The notes under the pieces are model-generated. The model was given only the letters and a program-made list of their open reading frames with translations. It did no database searches and had not been told where the DNA came from. Positions 48,901 to 58,891 of a stretch of DNA of 64,000 bases are shown piece after piece. Origin of the DNA: Monocercomonoides exilis PA203 (taxonomy: Eukaryota > Protista > Preaxostyla); assembly GCA_001643675.2 (NCBI GenBank), contig LSRY02000061.1:62001-126000 (forward strand), read 5' to 3'. The number at the start of each line of letters is the position of its first letter. Within the stretch, counting starts at the first letter, position 1. The position numbers and the translations under genes are program-made.

Positions 48901-51900
48901 GCAGGAAGGAGTTGTGGAGACGAGTGTGAAAGCATGGATTGGGGATTTGAGTGTGCGGGTGGGAGATGGAATGGGGGTGTATCAGGCAGTGGTGGTGTGT
49001 CGAAGTGGGGTTCTGAGTATGAGCAAGTGTGGGATGAAGGGAAGCGTTGGTGTGGTTGGACTGAGCTTTGTGAAAGTGGTTGGAGGTCAGGTAGAAATAT
49101 CAGAGATGGGGATATCAGCAATTGAATTTGGGGAAGCATCTGTGCTGGTTGCAGAAGGAGGGAGCAAAAGCAAGAGCAAAAGCAAGAGCAGCAATGATGG
49201 AAGTTGCTGTTTGAAAGTGAATGACTCGGTGTTTGAGCAGATAAGGATGAGGGATGGGAGTGTTGTGAGGTGTGGAGATGGGGTAGATGTGAATGTGAAG
49301 AACTGCACATTCATGAGGGTGAGTCGCACAAGCGGAAGCGGAGGGAGTGTTTGTGTGGAGGATGGTCAGAGCACAAAGGAGACAGCTGTTGTGGTTTCAG
49401 AAAGTGAATTTGAGGAAAGTGTTGTTGAAGAGGATGGAGCAGGAGGAGGAGGAATCTGGGGGAGGATTACTTCAACAAGGAAGGTGGAAATTGGATCTTG
49501 CACATTGAAGGGGTGCAGAGCACCGAGTGGAGAGAAAAGGGGGTATGGAGGAGGAATGTATCTGGACGTTGTGGAAGCGAGTGCTCCCTTTGTGGTTGCA
49601 GCACCACAGTTCACAGGAGAGAATCCGAATGCTGCGAAGGAAGGAAATGACTTGTTTGTTGTGTCACCGAATCTGATGGTGAGCATGAGCAACAGCACAC
49701 TTCCATTTGCAGCAGAAATGGAAGGGATTGAGTTGGATTCGATGCGGGGATTCAATGGATCTGATCGGAGCGAGAGTATCCCGCTGATCTTGTATTTCAA
49801 AGAAGTGGGATCGAAGATATATGTGTCAGGGGAAGGAGGAAAAGATATAGCAGTTTGCGGGTTTGATGAATATCCGTGCAAGAGTGCTGATTATTGTCTG
49901 ATGAGGCTGGAATCAAAAGAAGAGAAACAAGTGGTTGTGAAAGGGAGCGTGACGATGGGAAGGGAAATTGATCTGAGCGATGTGGATATTCGGGGAGAAG
50001 GTGAAAGGAGAGCAGAGATGGATGTGATTGGTGTTGTGGAAAGGGTGAGTGGGAAGATGATGAGATCTCAGGGAGTGACAAGAACTCGCAAGCTGAATAT
50101 TAAATTGCCTGCTCAACTTGGTTATGGAATGAGTGCTGTGTTCAATTCATGGACTGAGGGAGGAGATTTGAGAATTGAGGACTGCTGGATGGGAATGAAA
50201 AGTGGTGAGGCTGAGGAGATTGGGTATTGTTTAATATGCGCTGAAGGGAAAGTGCTGAGCTTGAATTGGGTTAAGATTGAGCACATGAAGTCATCTCAGT
50301 CGTTATTCAGTCTGAGCTTAATCCCCATTGCTGCAGAGGAGGAGAGAGGAAACAATCGGTCTATTGATATCAGAAACAGTTCATTTACAAGTGTGACAAT
50401 ACCTTCAAATGATTGTGAAGCACTTTTTGGATCGAGGATTGAAGTTGGTCTTGAGATGGAAGAATGCAACATTTCTGATGTTGTGTCTGAGGGGAGCGGT
50501 GAAGGAGGGGCAATGAAATTCGTTGTGGAGGGATTAGGATGGGTTGAAGTGATGAAGTGCATGATTGATGGATGCAAGGCAGAGACAACAGCTTTTGGGA
50601 AAGGAGGAGGAATATACGTTGAGTGTGGAAGAGGATTTCCAGTTTCTTTTTCAGAGATAGTGTTTGAGAGATGTGATGCTTATTGTGGGATAAACATTTT
50701 TGTAAAGGGATACAAGTTATGGAGTGATATTGAGAAATCAAAGTTGAATGTGGAGATACCATTAGAAAAGGAGAGGTTGAATGAGTTTGTTGGATATGAT
50801 GAAGAAGAGTCAGTGTTGGTTCCGTTGGCTGTGTTTGTGGCAATGTTGGAAGGGAAGGGATATGTGGGAGGAGAAAGTGGGATAGATTATCCGATGTGCG
50901 GGAATGAGTGGTTTGCATGCAAGACAATTGGGTATATGGGGGAATGGCGGTTCAGAGGCGAGAAGGCGAATGTATTACTGCAGAATACATTCAGTTTCAG
51001 AGATAGGATTGTGCTTGATGAACAAAGTTTTGAGATTTGTGCTCAAAATGAGGGAGGCGAAGTTAGAGTTGAAGGAGGAGGAGGCGGCGGAGAAGGAAGT
51101 GAGCTAATTGAAATACAGAGCAACGTGCAGCTGGAAAAGATGGCTCTCGTGCTACCATCAGTGTTTGAGCCTGTGGCGAGAGAGTGCCTGTTTTTGAGCA
51201 AGTCAGCATCGCTGACGCTTGAAGAGATGGAGATAAAGATGGAGGCTTCCGGACAGGGATGCAAATATTGGATAGTGAAGAGCGTGGGAGGGAGTGTGAA
51301 AGTGAGAGGGATGGTGATAAGAAGGACTGAGTTTACAGGTGCGGGAGTGATCGAGATAAGTGGAGCAGAGGTTCTGGGAAATGTGAATGGGCTTGTGATG
51401 GAAGAAATAAAGATGAAAGGTGTGGGAGGGCTGGTGGTGATGAAAGGTGGTGCGAAGGTGGAGGTGATGAACTCTTCTGTGAAGGAGGCTACGTTTGAAA
51501 ACCATTGTGGAATGAGCTTGGAAAGAGGAAGTGGATTGGTGATGACAGAGTGCAACATGAGTGGAGTCAAGAGAGAGGGTGGGGATGGAGGAGGGGTGGC
51601 TGGAGTGGTTGGAAGCGGGCAAAGAGTGGAGATGAAGGGGTGTGTGCTCAAGACGATGGGATGCTCTTCGTCTGGATCTGAGGGAGGAAGTGTGAAGATG
51701 GTTGTGGAAAAAGGAGGAGAGTTTGTGTTTGACTCAAACGAGGTGCGTGAGAGCAAAGTCCCAGCACTTGAAGGGAATGGAGGAGGAGTGCATCTGACAC
51801 TGGAAGACAAGGATCTGAGATATTTGATGAAGGGATTGACGCTTGAAGAGAACGATGCACAATATGGGAAGGACGTGTATCTGGTTTGTCCATCGCCGAG

Positions 51901-54900
51901 AGAAATGGTTGATCCTCTGCTGTGGAGTGGGAGCGCATCAAAGGAAGAAGAGGAGAGACGAAAGTGGGTGGTGGATCCAGGGGATGAACGGATGAACATG
52001 ACTCTGTTGAGATTTCTGTTTCCGCTGGATGAGGATATTATTTATGTGGATGAAGAATTGGGAAGAGAGGTTGATGGATGCGGATCGAGTGTGAACCCCT
52101 GCAACGAACTGGGATATGGATATGGGAAGCTGGGAGATGCGAAAACAATCCTGCACGTCCAGAACAAGGCGAAACTTGTGAGCTTGATTGAGAGAGCAGA
52201 TGCAAAGCTGACGATTCGAGGGGAAGAGTTGAAATCTGAGCTTATTGTTGAAGAAGCAGGGCGTGTGGTGCTTAAATCTGGAACACAATCAACGTGGTTG
52301 ACTTTCCAGAACATTGTGTTCACATTGCATGGAAGTGGAGGAGAATATGATGATGTGATTGTGGGAAATGTTGGGCGAGTGTGGATTGTGGGCTGTGAAT
52401 TTGGGAGCAAGAATAGAACTCAGGCTGAGTGCTCGAGGTGGATTGTTTGTGGGGGTGGGAGCAGTGTGCAGATTGAGAACTCGACTGTAGGAGCGATTGA
52501 GTTTGTTGGAAGAGGAGGACTGTGCAAGATAACATCGGGAAGTGTGGTGATGGTGGGATGTTTTGTGGAAGATGTGAAGGGTGAAGAGAACAGAATGATT
52601 TTGTGTGAAGAAGGAGCAAGCGTGTGCGTGAATGGAACAACGATAACTGGATGTGAAATGGGGAGCGGAGGGCTGATAGAGGCAAAAAACACGTCGACTG
52701 TGGAAATTTTGGAGGGAACAAAATTTGAAGGATGCTCATCTGATTCTGGAGATGGAGCATGCATTCACTGTGAGGTTGTGGGGAGAAGGAGAGTTGCAAT
52801 AAAGAATGCAGGATTCAAAAGATGTATTGTGAATGAAAGATGTGGAAGAGGAGGAGGGATTTATCTGAGGTTGAAGGATGATGTGGAGAGTGACATAGAA
52901 CTGTCTGGTCTCGAATTTAGAGAGAACATGGCGTTTGCAGGAAGAGATGTGTTTGTGGAGTGCGAAGAGCTGAACAAGTCAGTGAAAGCGGAGAGACTAC
53001 AGATTGAGATGTTTGATGCAGATGGGAAGCAGATTGCGTTTATGGAAGGAACTGACAAGGGAGCATTTAATGGGCTTGTGGTGGATCTTGGATTGTTTTT
53101 ATTTGAGTATTGCTCAGAAACAGTTGCCGTGTGTGGTCAGACAGGCATTGATATTGCAGGGTGTGGAAGAGCAGAGATGCCATGCAACACTTTCTGGTCT
53201 GGGTTTCAGCATGTGAATTGGTCAGCATCAGGGATGAAGCAGATGGTGCTTGAGGGAACAATGAATGTCCGCGACACGTTTTGTGTGTCTTTGCTGAGAA
53301 TTGTTTCGTCAAGTGATGAAAAAAACTGTGTTATCCACTTTGAGGCAGATCTGGAAGCAGTCGAGGGGGATGAAGTGTTTTTGGCATCAGCAGATGCTTC
53401 TTTCAGTGGCATTTCATTTGTTATTCCATCAGCATTTGCACCAGAGAGAGTCTGCTTGGTTTTACTGGATCCAGAAGCAGCATCCTTTGCAGAGTTTTGT
53501 TTCAAAAACTGTTCATTCCAGTGTTCTGAGTGCGTGAAAGGAAATTTAGCAATTGGGTATTGCTTGATTGAAGCAAAAGGAGGGATGGTGGGGATAGAGA
53601 ACGGCACATTTGGAAACTTCTTATTTAGCACACCCCCACTTGTATTTTTGTCAGCCGCAACCATCGATGGATGCACATTTGAGTCGATGGATACTCCAAA
53701 TAGCAAACAAGGAGGAGCAATAAAAGTGAATTTTGGAGCAAATGATCAGCTCATCGTAAAGAAGACGAAATTAATAGGATGTGGATGTTCAATGGAGGAA
53801 GGAAAGGGAGGAGGAATGCATGTGGACTGCACGGAGTCAATAGTTGACGAGCCATTTGTGTTTGAAAACATGACATTTGAGAAGAACAAGGCGTTTGCAG
53901 GAGAAAACGTTTTTGTTGTGAGTTCGTGTTTGAACAGTACAGTAACAGAGCGTTCATTTCTGTTTAGCTATGAGCAAATGAGCACCAATGGAAAGGAGTT
54001 TATGGGGAGTGATGATCAGTTTGTCAATACAGATCTGCTGCGTTTCTTGGTGTTGTACAAGAGCAGTGCGATCCATGTGTCATCGAGTGGAGCAGATGTG
54101 AAGCGTTGTGGAAGTGAGGCTGAACCATGCCAGTCGTTCTGGAGCGGGATGAGCCATATCGAGAGAAATGAAAGTGGGATGGAGATTGCTATAAGTGGAG
54201 AAACAACAGTTGCTGACGAATATGATGTTTCAATGCTCAGGATTGGATCATATGGGAGTGACGCAGGAGAGCAGTTGAAAGGGAAAGTGATAATTGTCGG
54301 AAAACAGAGTGGCAGGACAGGAGGATATTTTGTGAACAGAGAAAGATTGGAAGTAGAATTGATTCACTTTGTGATAAGAGCGCAATTTGACAGTTTGTCA
54401 AACTGCGTGATTGTGAACGAGGAAGGGAGATTAGAAGTTAAGAAGTGTGGAGTTGAGATGAGGGATGTGAACGGTGATGTGGCTGGATGTGGTTTTGTGG
54501 AGATGAGGAAGGGAGAATTGAATGTGGAAGGGTTGGAAATGGAAGTATCGGTGATCGAAAAGAGTGTATTTGTGATTTTTGAAGAGTGCCGATGCAAGTG
54601 CAAAGGGTTGAGCCTTCTTGCAACAGAAATAAGGAGAGGGTGTCTGTTTGAGATTGCTGATGGGTTGGACAGAGCAAACGAAAGAGGCAAACTGGAATTG
54701 AATGACTCTTCGTTGAGCACGATATCGAGAGGAGACAATGGAGGAAGCGTTATCCATGTTGGTGCAACAGGAGGAGGAGCTGGAGCGGATAATGTGAGTG
54801 AGATGGATGTGGAAGTGAGCAATTGCGAATTTGTTGATTGCAAGGCAGAAGCAAGCATGGGTGGGGGAGTGATGTTTGTGTGGCTGAGGGAAGGAGGAGC

Positions 54901-57900
54901 GCTGAGGGTGAGAGACACAACAATGATGAGGTGCAGCTGTTCGAGTCAGGGGAGAGGAGGAGGGGTGTTTATTGGAACAGATTCAGGAGGAAAGCTGAAC
55001 TTTGTGTTTGAGAAGATGGTGTTGAAGGGGAACACGGCTGGGGTGGGGAATGATATATATGTGCGGTGTGTGAACATCAGTCAGCAGATCAATGAGACTC
55101 AGTTCCGGTTCTCTCTGAGAGAGAGCGATTACTCGAGGAGGAATGCGATCTTCGGATGTGACACGACAGACCATGTGCTGGACACGGATCTGATGGATTT
55201 CATCACGATATACGAGAGCGATATGATTGTGGTGTCTTCGTTGGAGGAAAAAAAGGGGAAGGATGCTCGGCAGTGTGGAACAGCAAAATTGCCGTGCGTG
55301 AGTGTGGGATATGGAGCGCAGCATCTGACGAATGAGCTGATGAGCGTGATGCTTGTTGATGAGGTATCAGTGATAGAGGGAGAAGTGAGTCTGAAGAACA
55401 TGACTCTTGAGTCGCGATCAAAGAGCATAGCAAGAGTGGAGGTGGTGAATGGGATGGAGCAGACAAGGGAGTGTGTGATTGAGGTTACAGAGCATGTGGT
55501 TCTGTCATTGGTGAGATTTGAATTTGGAGAAGAGATGCTGAATGGGTACTCAGTGTTTGTATCTGTTGTAAATGACAGTGTGAGTGTGGAAAATTGTGTC
55601 TTTGGAGCGTTGGAATCTTCAGCAATATTGTGTGTTGTTCCATTTTGCTTAATCCATATAACCACCGGAGAAGGATTGATAGGCGGATGCAGTATTTGTG
55701 GGCTATCATTTTCTGAAGCAATATTTGAAATTGAGCACAGCTCGTTCACAATTTCATCTTGCGACTTCACAGAAATGGAATGCAGGAAAAATGTTGTGAG
55801 GCAATGCGAGGGGAATCTGGCTGTGAGGAATAGTTCAATATCGAAAAAGGATGAAGAAGGAACTTGTGAGGCAGGAGTGAGTTGTTCATCAGTTTCGTCA
55901 GTTCAGATGGAGTCATGCACGATTAGAGGGAGATCTGTGGAGAATGAGAAGGGGTGTGTTGTGACTCTGGTGAAGTGTAGAAATGTGAAGATTGATTCGT
56001 GCTCATTTCTGGGAAGCACAACTGGAAGTGAAAATGAGAATGGTTTCAAGGGAGATGCAGACATCTGCTCGTGGAATGGCTCCATTGTCAGTGTTGATAA
56101 TTGTGAGGTGTTGATGAAGGATACAACAATATCAAACTCACCAGAAGGTGGAATAACAATGAATGGAGGAAGTGTGATAATTGAAGCGGGGAATTTCTCA
56201 AACAATAATCCATCAATTGAAGGATATCCATCATTGAGAAGAAACATCATTTGTTCAGATTCTGCCTCACTGACCATTTCGAGCTTGAAAGGTGGAGATG
56301 GATTGAAGGATAATTCCGCACTTTGGATTCAGAATGAAGGATGCACACTTGGAGGAATAGCAGGAGAAAGACAATCGTCTTTCTTCATTCCCAGACTGGA
56401 AGAGGTTTCTGTGAATGAAAGTGGAAGCAGCATTTTTATCCAATTCAAGGGATCTCTTTTTGTGCCCTGTGACTTGTCATTCAGACTTGTGTATAAAACA
56501 GGGGATGTGGATCTGGTTGAGACATATCGTTTTGAGGAAGACAGTTTCATATCAGAAAATGAAGTGATTGGAAGAATCCCATCAGAAAATGTTTCATTAG
56601 CTTCAGATGAAACAGAGGTGTCAGTGATGATTCTGTTTGGAAAGTCATTGGCTTCCACTTCACCACAGATACTGAAGAACAGAAGTGAGCCCAAAGGAAA
56701 TGGAGATGAAAGGATTGTTGAAGGAGGAAAAGAGGGGAAATCGATATGGCCAATCATTGTGATTATTATGGCAATAATTCTCATAATTGTTCTCATTGGA
56801 TTAATTTTGTTTGTTATCCGATGGAAGAAGGCAAAGAATGAGAACAACGATTTGAGAGAAATTGTGAATGAAACAGTGAAGAAGGATCCAAAAGCATTTG
56901 AGATGGTGACGATGGAGATGTCACCGGAGGAGCAGTGGAGGAAAGCGGAGAGAGAAGCTGAAAAGAAGAATGAAGAGAGGATGAAGAAGAGGGTGTATGA
57001 CAAGACGATGGAACATTCAGAGTCATCGGAGCATTTGTTGAGTGAGAGTGGATCGACTGAATACATCCTGGGAAGAGATTCAGACAAGATTCCAGAATGG
57101 ATGTTGGAAAAGGTTGAAGAAGAGGAAATTAGAAAGCAGACTCCATCACCATCCATCTCATCCACCTCAACCACTTCAACAACTGATTCAGATTCAACAT
57201 TTGTTCGTGGAGAGGATCTGTGTCCAACCACCTCATCAATGTCGAATCTGGTGGATGCAATGGCATGCTCCTCTCCTCATGAGAAGCTGATTGTGGATCT
57301 GAGGGATTCTTTGTTCATGTTGTTGCATGGACGGAATAAGACAAAAGAGATGCCAATTGGCACATTGAAGGAGAGGGAGATGACAGCTGCCCAAATCCTG
57401 TTCTGGGTTGCTAATCTCGCTCTTCACTCGCTTGACGAAATGGAAAATCCACTTCAATCACTTTCTAACCTGAGTCCTCATATTGTGCTGTTCTCCGAAC
57501 ATATTGTCATCTGCATTGTGATGCATTCGGATTTTTTGCCTGATGATTCAGATTCTTCATCGATTTCTTCATCAACAGTTGTGACTTCTGCAAGTGATGA
57601 TGATGATGACTCTCTGCCATCATCTGCATTTGAGGAAGAAGATGACTTCAAAAAAGAGTGCCTGAGGTGGAAGGCACCAGAGCTGTTGAATGGCACAAAG
57701 AAGCATGCGACGAAGAAGACAGTTGTGTTCTCGATTGGGATGATGTTGTGGGAGTGTCTGACACTCAAAGTTCCGTTTGGGGAGTATGAGGCGGAGGTGG
57801 CAGGGCAGAAGATAGTGAACGGGGAAAGGCCGTGTGGAGGGGAGAGTGAGGCAAGTGGGATGCATGAGTTGGTGAAGGGATGCTGGAGGGCAGAACGAGG

Positions 57901-58048
57901 GGAAAGGGTGACGTTGATGTGGGTGAAGCGGGAATTGTTTGGGCATTTCCCAGGAGAAGCAGCGGTGATGACGATGACGGATGCTATTTTATATGAAGAG
58001 AGCAAAGATAACATCTCGAGCTGCGAGAGTCTTGTGGAATATTTTTAA
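45938..58048 (+). CDS. Giant (4,036 aa) single-pass receptor-like protein: beta-helix/Pmp-like ectodomain repeats, TM helix and C-terminal pseudokinase
   Basis: Signal-like N-terminus; eight G-x-(D/E)-x(3-4)-CG-x4-(P/A)C repeats with GGG(I/M/V) motifs; TM IWPIIVIIMAIILIIVLIGLILFVIRW (~56743-56823); kinase C-lobe motifs LRWKAPEL and VFSIGMMLWECLT..PF. No introns. Confidence 0.92.
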   Translation: MMRSSRCSLISFAIAVLFVLEMDAEIVSKENEDLLLKGELITDSSKEKGRYTEIKNNCKSDFKNDRKQRGKSDDGNKNEEIGKKANQKNGFNEMIDCFICEGLIECSTLNSHFVVLNSTLEVCCVLFVQKTWNGMVELIGNSVLKIKSVLIDFDSQSEMSAFVARGGEIYFENISALPTGLSRPIQSFVANAQDGDESTLKVSFTKSTLRQISIASSSSCLVQGSAGNVNIHECCFMNVSQCMKQKRKVTLPQSQMKWVKCEVENSEFVGCDNPQYGAVIVPTEETLTMKNSSFERCTITHTPVNGSRNSYSSGDVVASSIVFSDMTSKIEPCLAIYAEKTATLTVDSCVFRNISSNIDRSLYGGAVHHEGNGYHKSRGCNYTNCSSKYAGGALNIETKGDKFVQSCIIIGSSSMHYSGVFLNFVSNNSIFNNNLVRECTASNYGAGAGVFVGNNTAIFSECKFSSCISDNYCGTLSFVWLEEGSSAGIVYIYFCIFDNNTVKMKDGGCDIGSWNGSYYINKVVKESFISSFSLSTQSVRVMIGGINHTEWLPNPPIEDLFVHVSSVLGDDSRSGCGCEVIPCQSIGKGVFQRKDGQWLIVSEGAYSHDCLPVLDMNVNLNGGNMETSTLTSCGTGNGKALFEVTTGTLVIEHFTIVHSSSESDPGSSVAAMGGNGKMELSDCEVRSKEEDSVPFTKSMIVVEHGLATFRFVGFRNFRSTKQLISFSSPTVISVEAVEFHSITRTIGDGAVLEVSVKSGEELLLNNISFDKCKSCGGNGGGVWVELERGGKFEMGNTSDVSKGVRMRECEAMVNESTEKGGSGGGAYINVGDGVDSFVLKRVQFVGCKAAKGKSLFVNAEQLSGLINRNSIGFDLVQSDLEELRGRESSIMDEGASVPLVVFLWTNTTSFGHVGGEDGVDFSRCGFEEAPCSSMKHAIKVLFSEKNRFIKIHSPFVLSEELSVNSYEWNITGSEPETQVEVESSGNGEQEGVVETSVKAWIGDLSVRVGDGMGVYQAVVVCRSGVLSMSKCGMKGSVGVVGLSFVKVVGGQVEISEMGISAIEFGEASVLVAEGGSKSKSKSKSSNDGSCCLKVNDSVFEQIRMRDGSVVRCGDGVDVNVKNCTFMRVSRTSGSGGSVCVEDGQSTKETAVVVSESEFEESVVEEDGAGGGGIWGRITSTRKVEIGSCTLKGCRAPSGEKRGYGGGMYLDVVEASAPFVVAAPQFTGENPNAAKEGNDLFVVSPNLMVSMSNSTLPFAAEMEGIELDSMRGFNGSDRSESIPLILYFKEVGSKIYVSGEGGKDIAVCGFDEYPCKSADYCLMRLESKEEKQVVVKGSVTMGREIDLSDVDIRGEGERRAEMDVIGVVERVSGKMMRSQGVTRTRKLNIKLPAQLGYGMSAVFNSWTEGGDLRIEDCWMGMKSGEAEEIGYCLICAEGKVLSLNWVKIEHMKSSQSLFSLSLIPIAAEEERGNNRSIDIRNSSFTSVTIPSNDCEALFGSRIEVGLEMEECNISDVVSEGSGEGGAMKFVVEGLGWVEVMKCMIDGCKAETTAFGKGGGIYVECGRGFPVSFSEIVFERCDAYCGINIFVKGYKLWSDIEKSKLNVEIPLEKERLNEFVGYDEEESVLVPLAVFVAMLEGKGYVGGESGIDYPMCGNEWFACKTIGYMGEWRFRGEKANVLLQNTFSFRDRIVLDEQSFEICAQNEGGEVRVEGGGGGGEGSELIEIQSNVQLEKMALVLPSVFEPVARECLFLSKSASLTLEEMEIKMEASGQGCKYWIVKSVGGSVKVRGMVIRRTEFTGAGVIEISGAEVLGNVNGLVMEEIKMKGVGGLVVMKGGAKVEVMNSSVKEATFENHCGMSLERGSGLVMTECNMSGVKREGGDGGGVAGVVGSGQRVEMKGCVLKTMGCSSSGSEGGSVKMVVEKGGEFVFDSNEVRESKVPALEGNGGGVHLTLEDKDLRYLMKGLTLEENDAQYGKDVYLVCPSPREMVDPLLWSGSASKEEEERRKWVVDPGDERMNMTLLRFLFPLDEDIIYVDEELGREVDGCGSSVNPCNELGYGYGKLGDAKTILHVQNKAKLVSLIERADAKLTIRGEELKSELIVEEAGRVVLKSGTQSTWLTFQNIVFTLHGSGGEYDDVIVGNVGRVWIVGCEFGSKNRTQAECSRWIVCGGGSSVQIENSTVGAIEFVGRGGLCKITSGSVVMVGCFVEDVKGEENRMILCEEGASVCVNGTTITGCEMGSGGLIEAKNTSTVEILEGTKFEGCSSDSGDGACIHCEVVGRRRVAIKNAGFKRCIVNERCGRGGGIYLRLKDDVESDIELSGLEFRENMAFAGRDVFVECEELNKSVKAERLQIEMFDADGKQIAFMEGTDKGAFNGLVVDLGLFLFEYCSETVAVCGQTGIDIAGCGRAEMPCNTFWSGFQHVNWSASGMKQMVLEGTMNVRDTFCVSLLRIVSSSDEKNCVIHFEADLEAVEGDEVFLASADASFSGISFVIPSAFAPERVCLVLLDPEAASFAEFCFKNCSFQCSECVKGNLAIGYCLIEAKGGMVGIENGTFGNFLFSTPPLVFLSAATIDGCTFESMDTPNSKQGGAIKVNFGANDQLIVKKTKLIGCGCSMEEGKGGGMHVDCTESIVDEPFVFENMTFEKNKAFAGENVFVVSSCLNSTVTERSFLFSYEQMSTNGKEFMGSDDQFVNTDLLRFLVLYKSSAIHVSSSGADVKRCGSEAEPCQSFWSGMSHIERNESGMEIAISGETTVADEYDVSMLRIGSYGSDAGEQLKGKVIIVGKQSGRTGGYFVNRERLEVELIHFVIRAQFDSLSNCVIVNEEGRLEVKKCGVEMRDVNGDVAGCGFVEMRKGELNVEGLEMEVSVIEKSVFVIFEECRCKCKGLSLLATEIRRGCLFEIADGLDRANERGKLELNDSSLSTISRGDNGGSVIHVGATGGGAGADNVSEMDVEVSNCEFVDCKAEASMGGGVMFVWLREGGALRVRDTTMMRCSCSSQGRGGGVFIGTDSGGKLNFVFEKMVLKGNTAGVGNDIYVRCVNISQQINETQFRFSLRESDYSRRNAIFGCDTTDHVLDTDLMDFITIYESDMIVVSSLEEKKGKDARQCGTAKLPCVSVGYGAQHLTNELMSVMLVDEVSVIEGEVSLKNMTLESRSKSIARVEVVNGMEQTRECVIEVTEHVVLSLVRFEFGEEMLNGYSVFVSVVNDSVSVENCVFGALESSAILCVVPFCLIHITTGEGLIGGCSICGLSFSEAIFEIEHSSFTISSCDFTEMECRKNVVRQCEGNLAVRNSSISKKDEEGTCEAGVSCSSVSSVQMESCTIRGRSVENEKGCVVTLVKCRNVKIDSCSFLGSTTGSENENGFKGDADICSWNGSIVSVDNCEVLMKDTTISNSPEGGITMNGGSVIIEAGNFSNNNPSIEGYPSLRRNIICSDSASLTISSLKGGDGLKDNSALWIQNEGCTLGGIAGERQSSFFIPRLEEVSVNESGSSIFIQFKGSLFVPCDLSFRLVYKTGDVDLVETYRFEEDSFISENEVIGRIPSENVSLASDETEVSVMILFGKSLASTSPQILKNRSEPKGNGDERIVEGGKEGKSIWPIIVIIMAIILIIVLIGLILFVIRWKKAKNENNDLREIVNETVKKDPKAFEMVTMEMSPEEQWRKAEREAEKKNEERMKKRVYDKTMEHSESSEHLLSESGSTEYILGRDSDKIPEWMLEKVEEEEIRKQTPSPSISSTSTTSTTDSDSTFVRGEDLCPTTSSMSNLVDAMACSSPHEKLIVDLRDSLFMLLHGRNKTKEMPIGTLKEREMTAAQILFWVANLALHSLDEMENPLQSLSNLSPHIVLFSEHIVICIVMHSDFLPDDSDSSSISSSTVVTSASDDDDDSLPSSAFEEEDDFKKECLRWKAPELLNGTKKHATKKTVVFSIGMMLWECLTLKVPFGEYEAEVAGQKIVNGERPCGGESEASGMHELVKGCWRAERGERVTLMWVKRELFGHFPGEAAVMTMTDAILYEESKDNISSCESLVEYF

Positions 58049-58891
58049 GGGAGCAGATGAGGAAATATCCAGAAAAGGAATTCAAAACAAATTGTGAATC
58101 TGCTTCTGAAAGATTGAAAATTTGAAAACAATGCAGGTGGAAGAAAATTAAAAGGGAACAATCTTTTTTCTTTGGAGATAATGGACAGCATGAGAATGGA
58201 TTGAAATGTGCACTTATGTTCACTGGGAAAAATAATTGAAAATTTTGTCTTTTTCTGTTTTGTTTGTTAAAAATTTGAGGCAGTTAATTTTAATAAAATG
58301 GTGATGGATTTTGAAAAGGAGCGTTGGATTCAATGAAGAGTTTGATGAAATTGCGAAATGATTGAATTTTCTTTTTCAAGTAATGTTTGTATTTTTTTAG
58401 TGAAAATACTCTTTCAATGAGAGAGTGTTGTGCTGATGGATGCAATGAACGATTTAAAAGAATATATTTTTAAGTGCTTTTGGCAAGGATCTGTGAAAAT
58501 TGAATATTATTATAAGTGTTGGATTTTGTTAAAATTTATCTTAAAGCTTTGTAATTCAATATTCTGTATGAAGTATTTTTTTAATCCAAATGATAAAGAA
58601 TGAATTATTAATTATTTAGGATGTTATTATATTACTTGTTCACAGTACATTTAAAAAAAAAATACTTTCGGATCTTATTCTTATGTGTTTGTTCTTTGTG
58701 ACATGTTTTATCACTCGCAAAATACATTTAACAAAAAATTTCAACAAGTAATAAACTACTGAAGAAAAAGCAAAATATTTTAAATATGTTTTCATTTCTT
58801 GAATGCTAAATGGACGTTTATTAAAAAGCTAAAGTTTTCAATACCAATTTTCTTTATCATAAAATATAGTGGCATGCAAATTGTTATCTTG

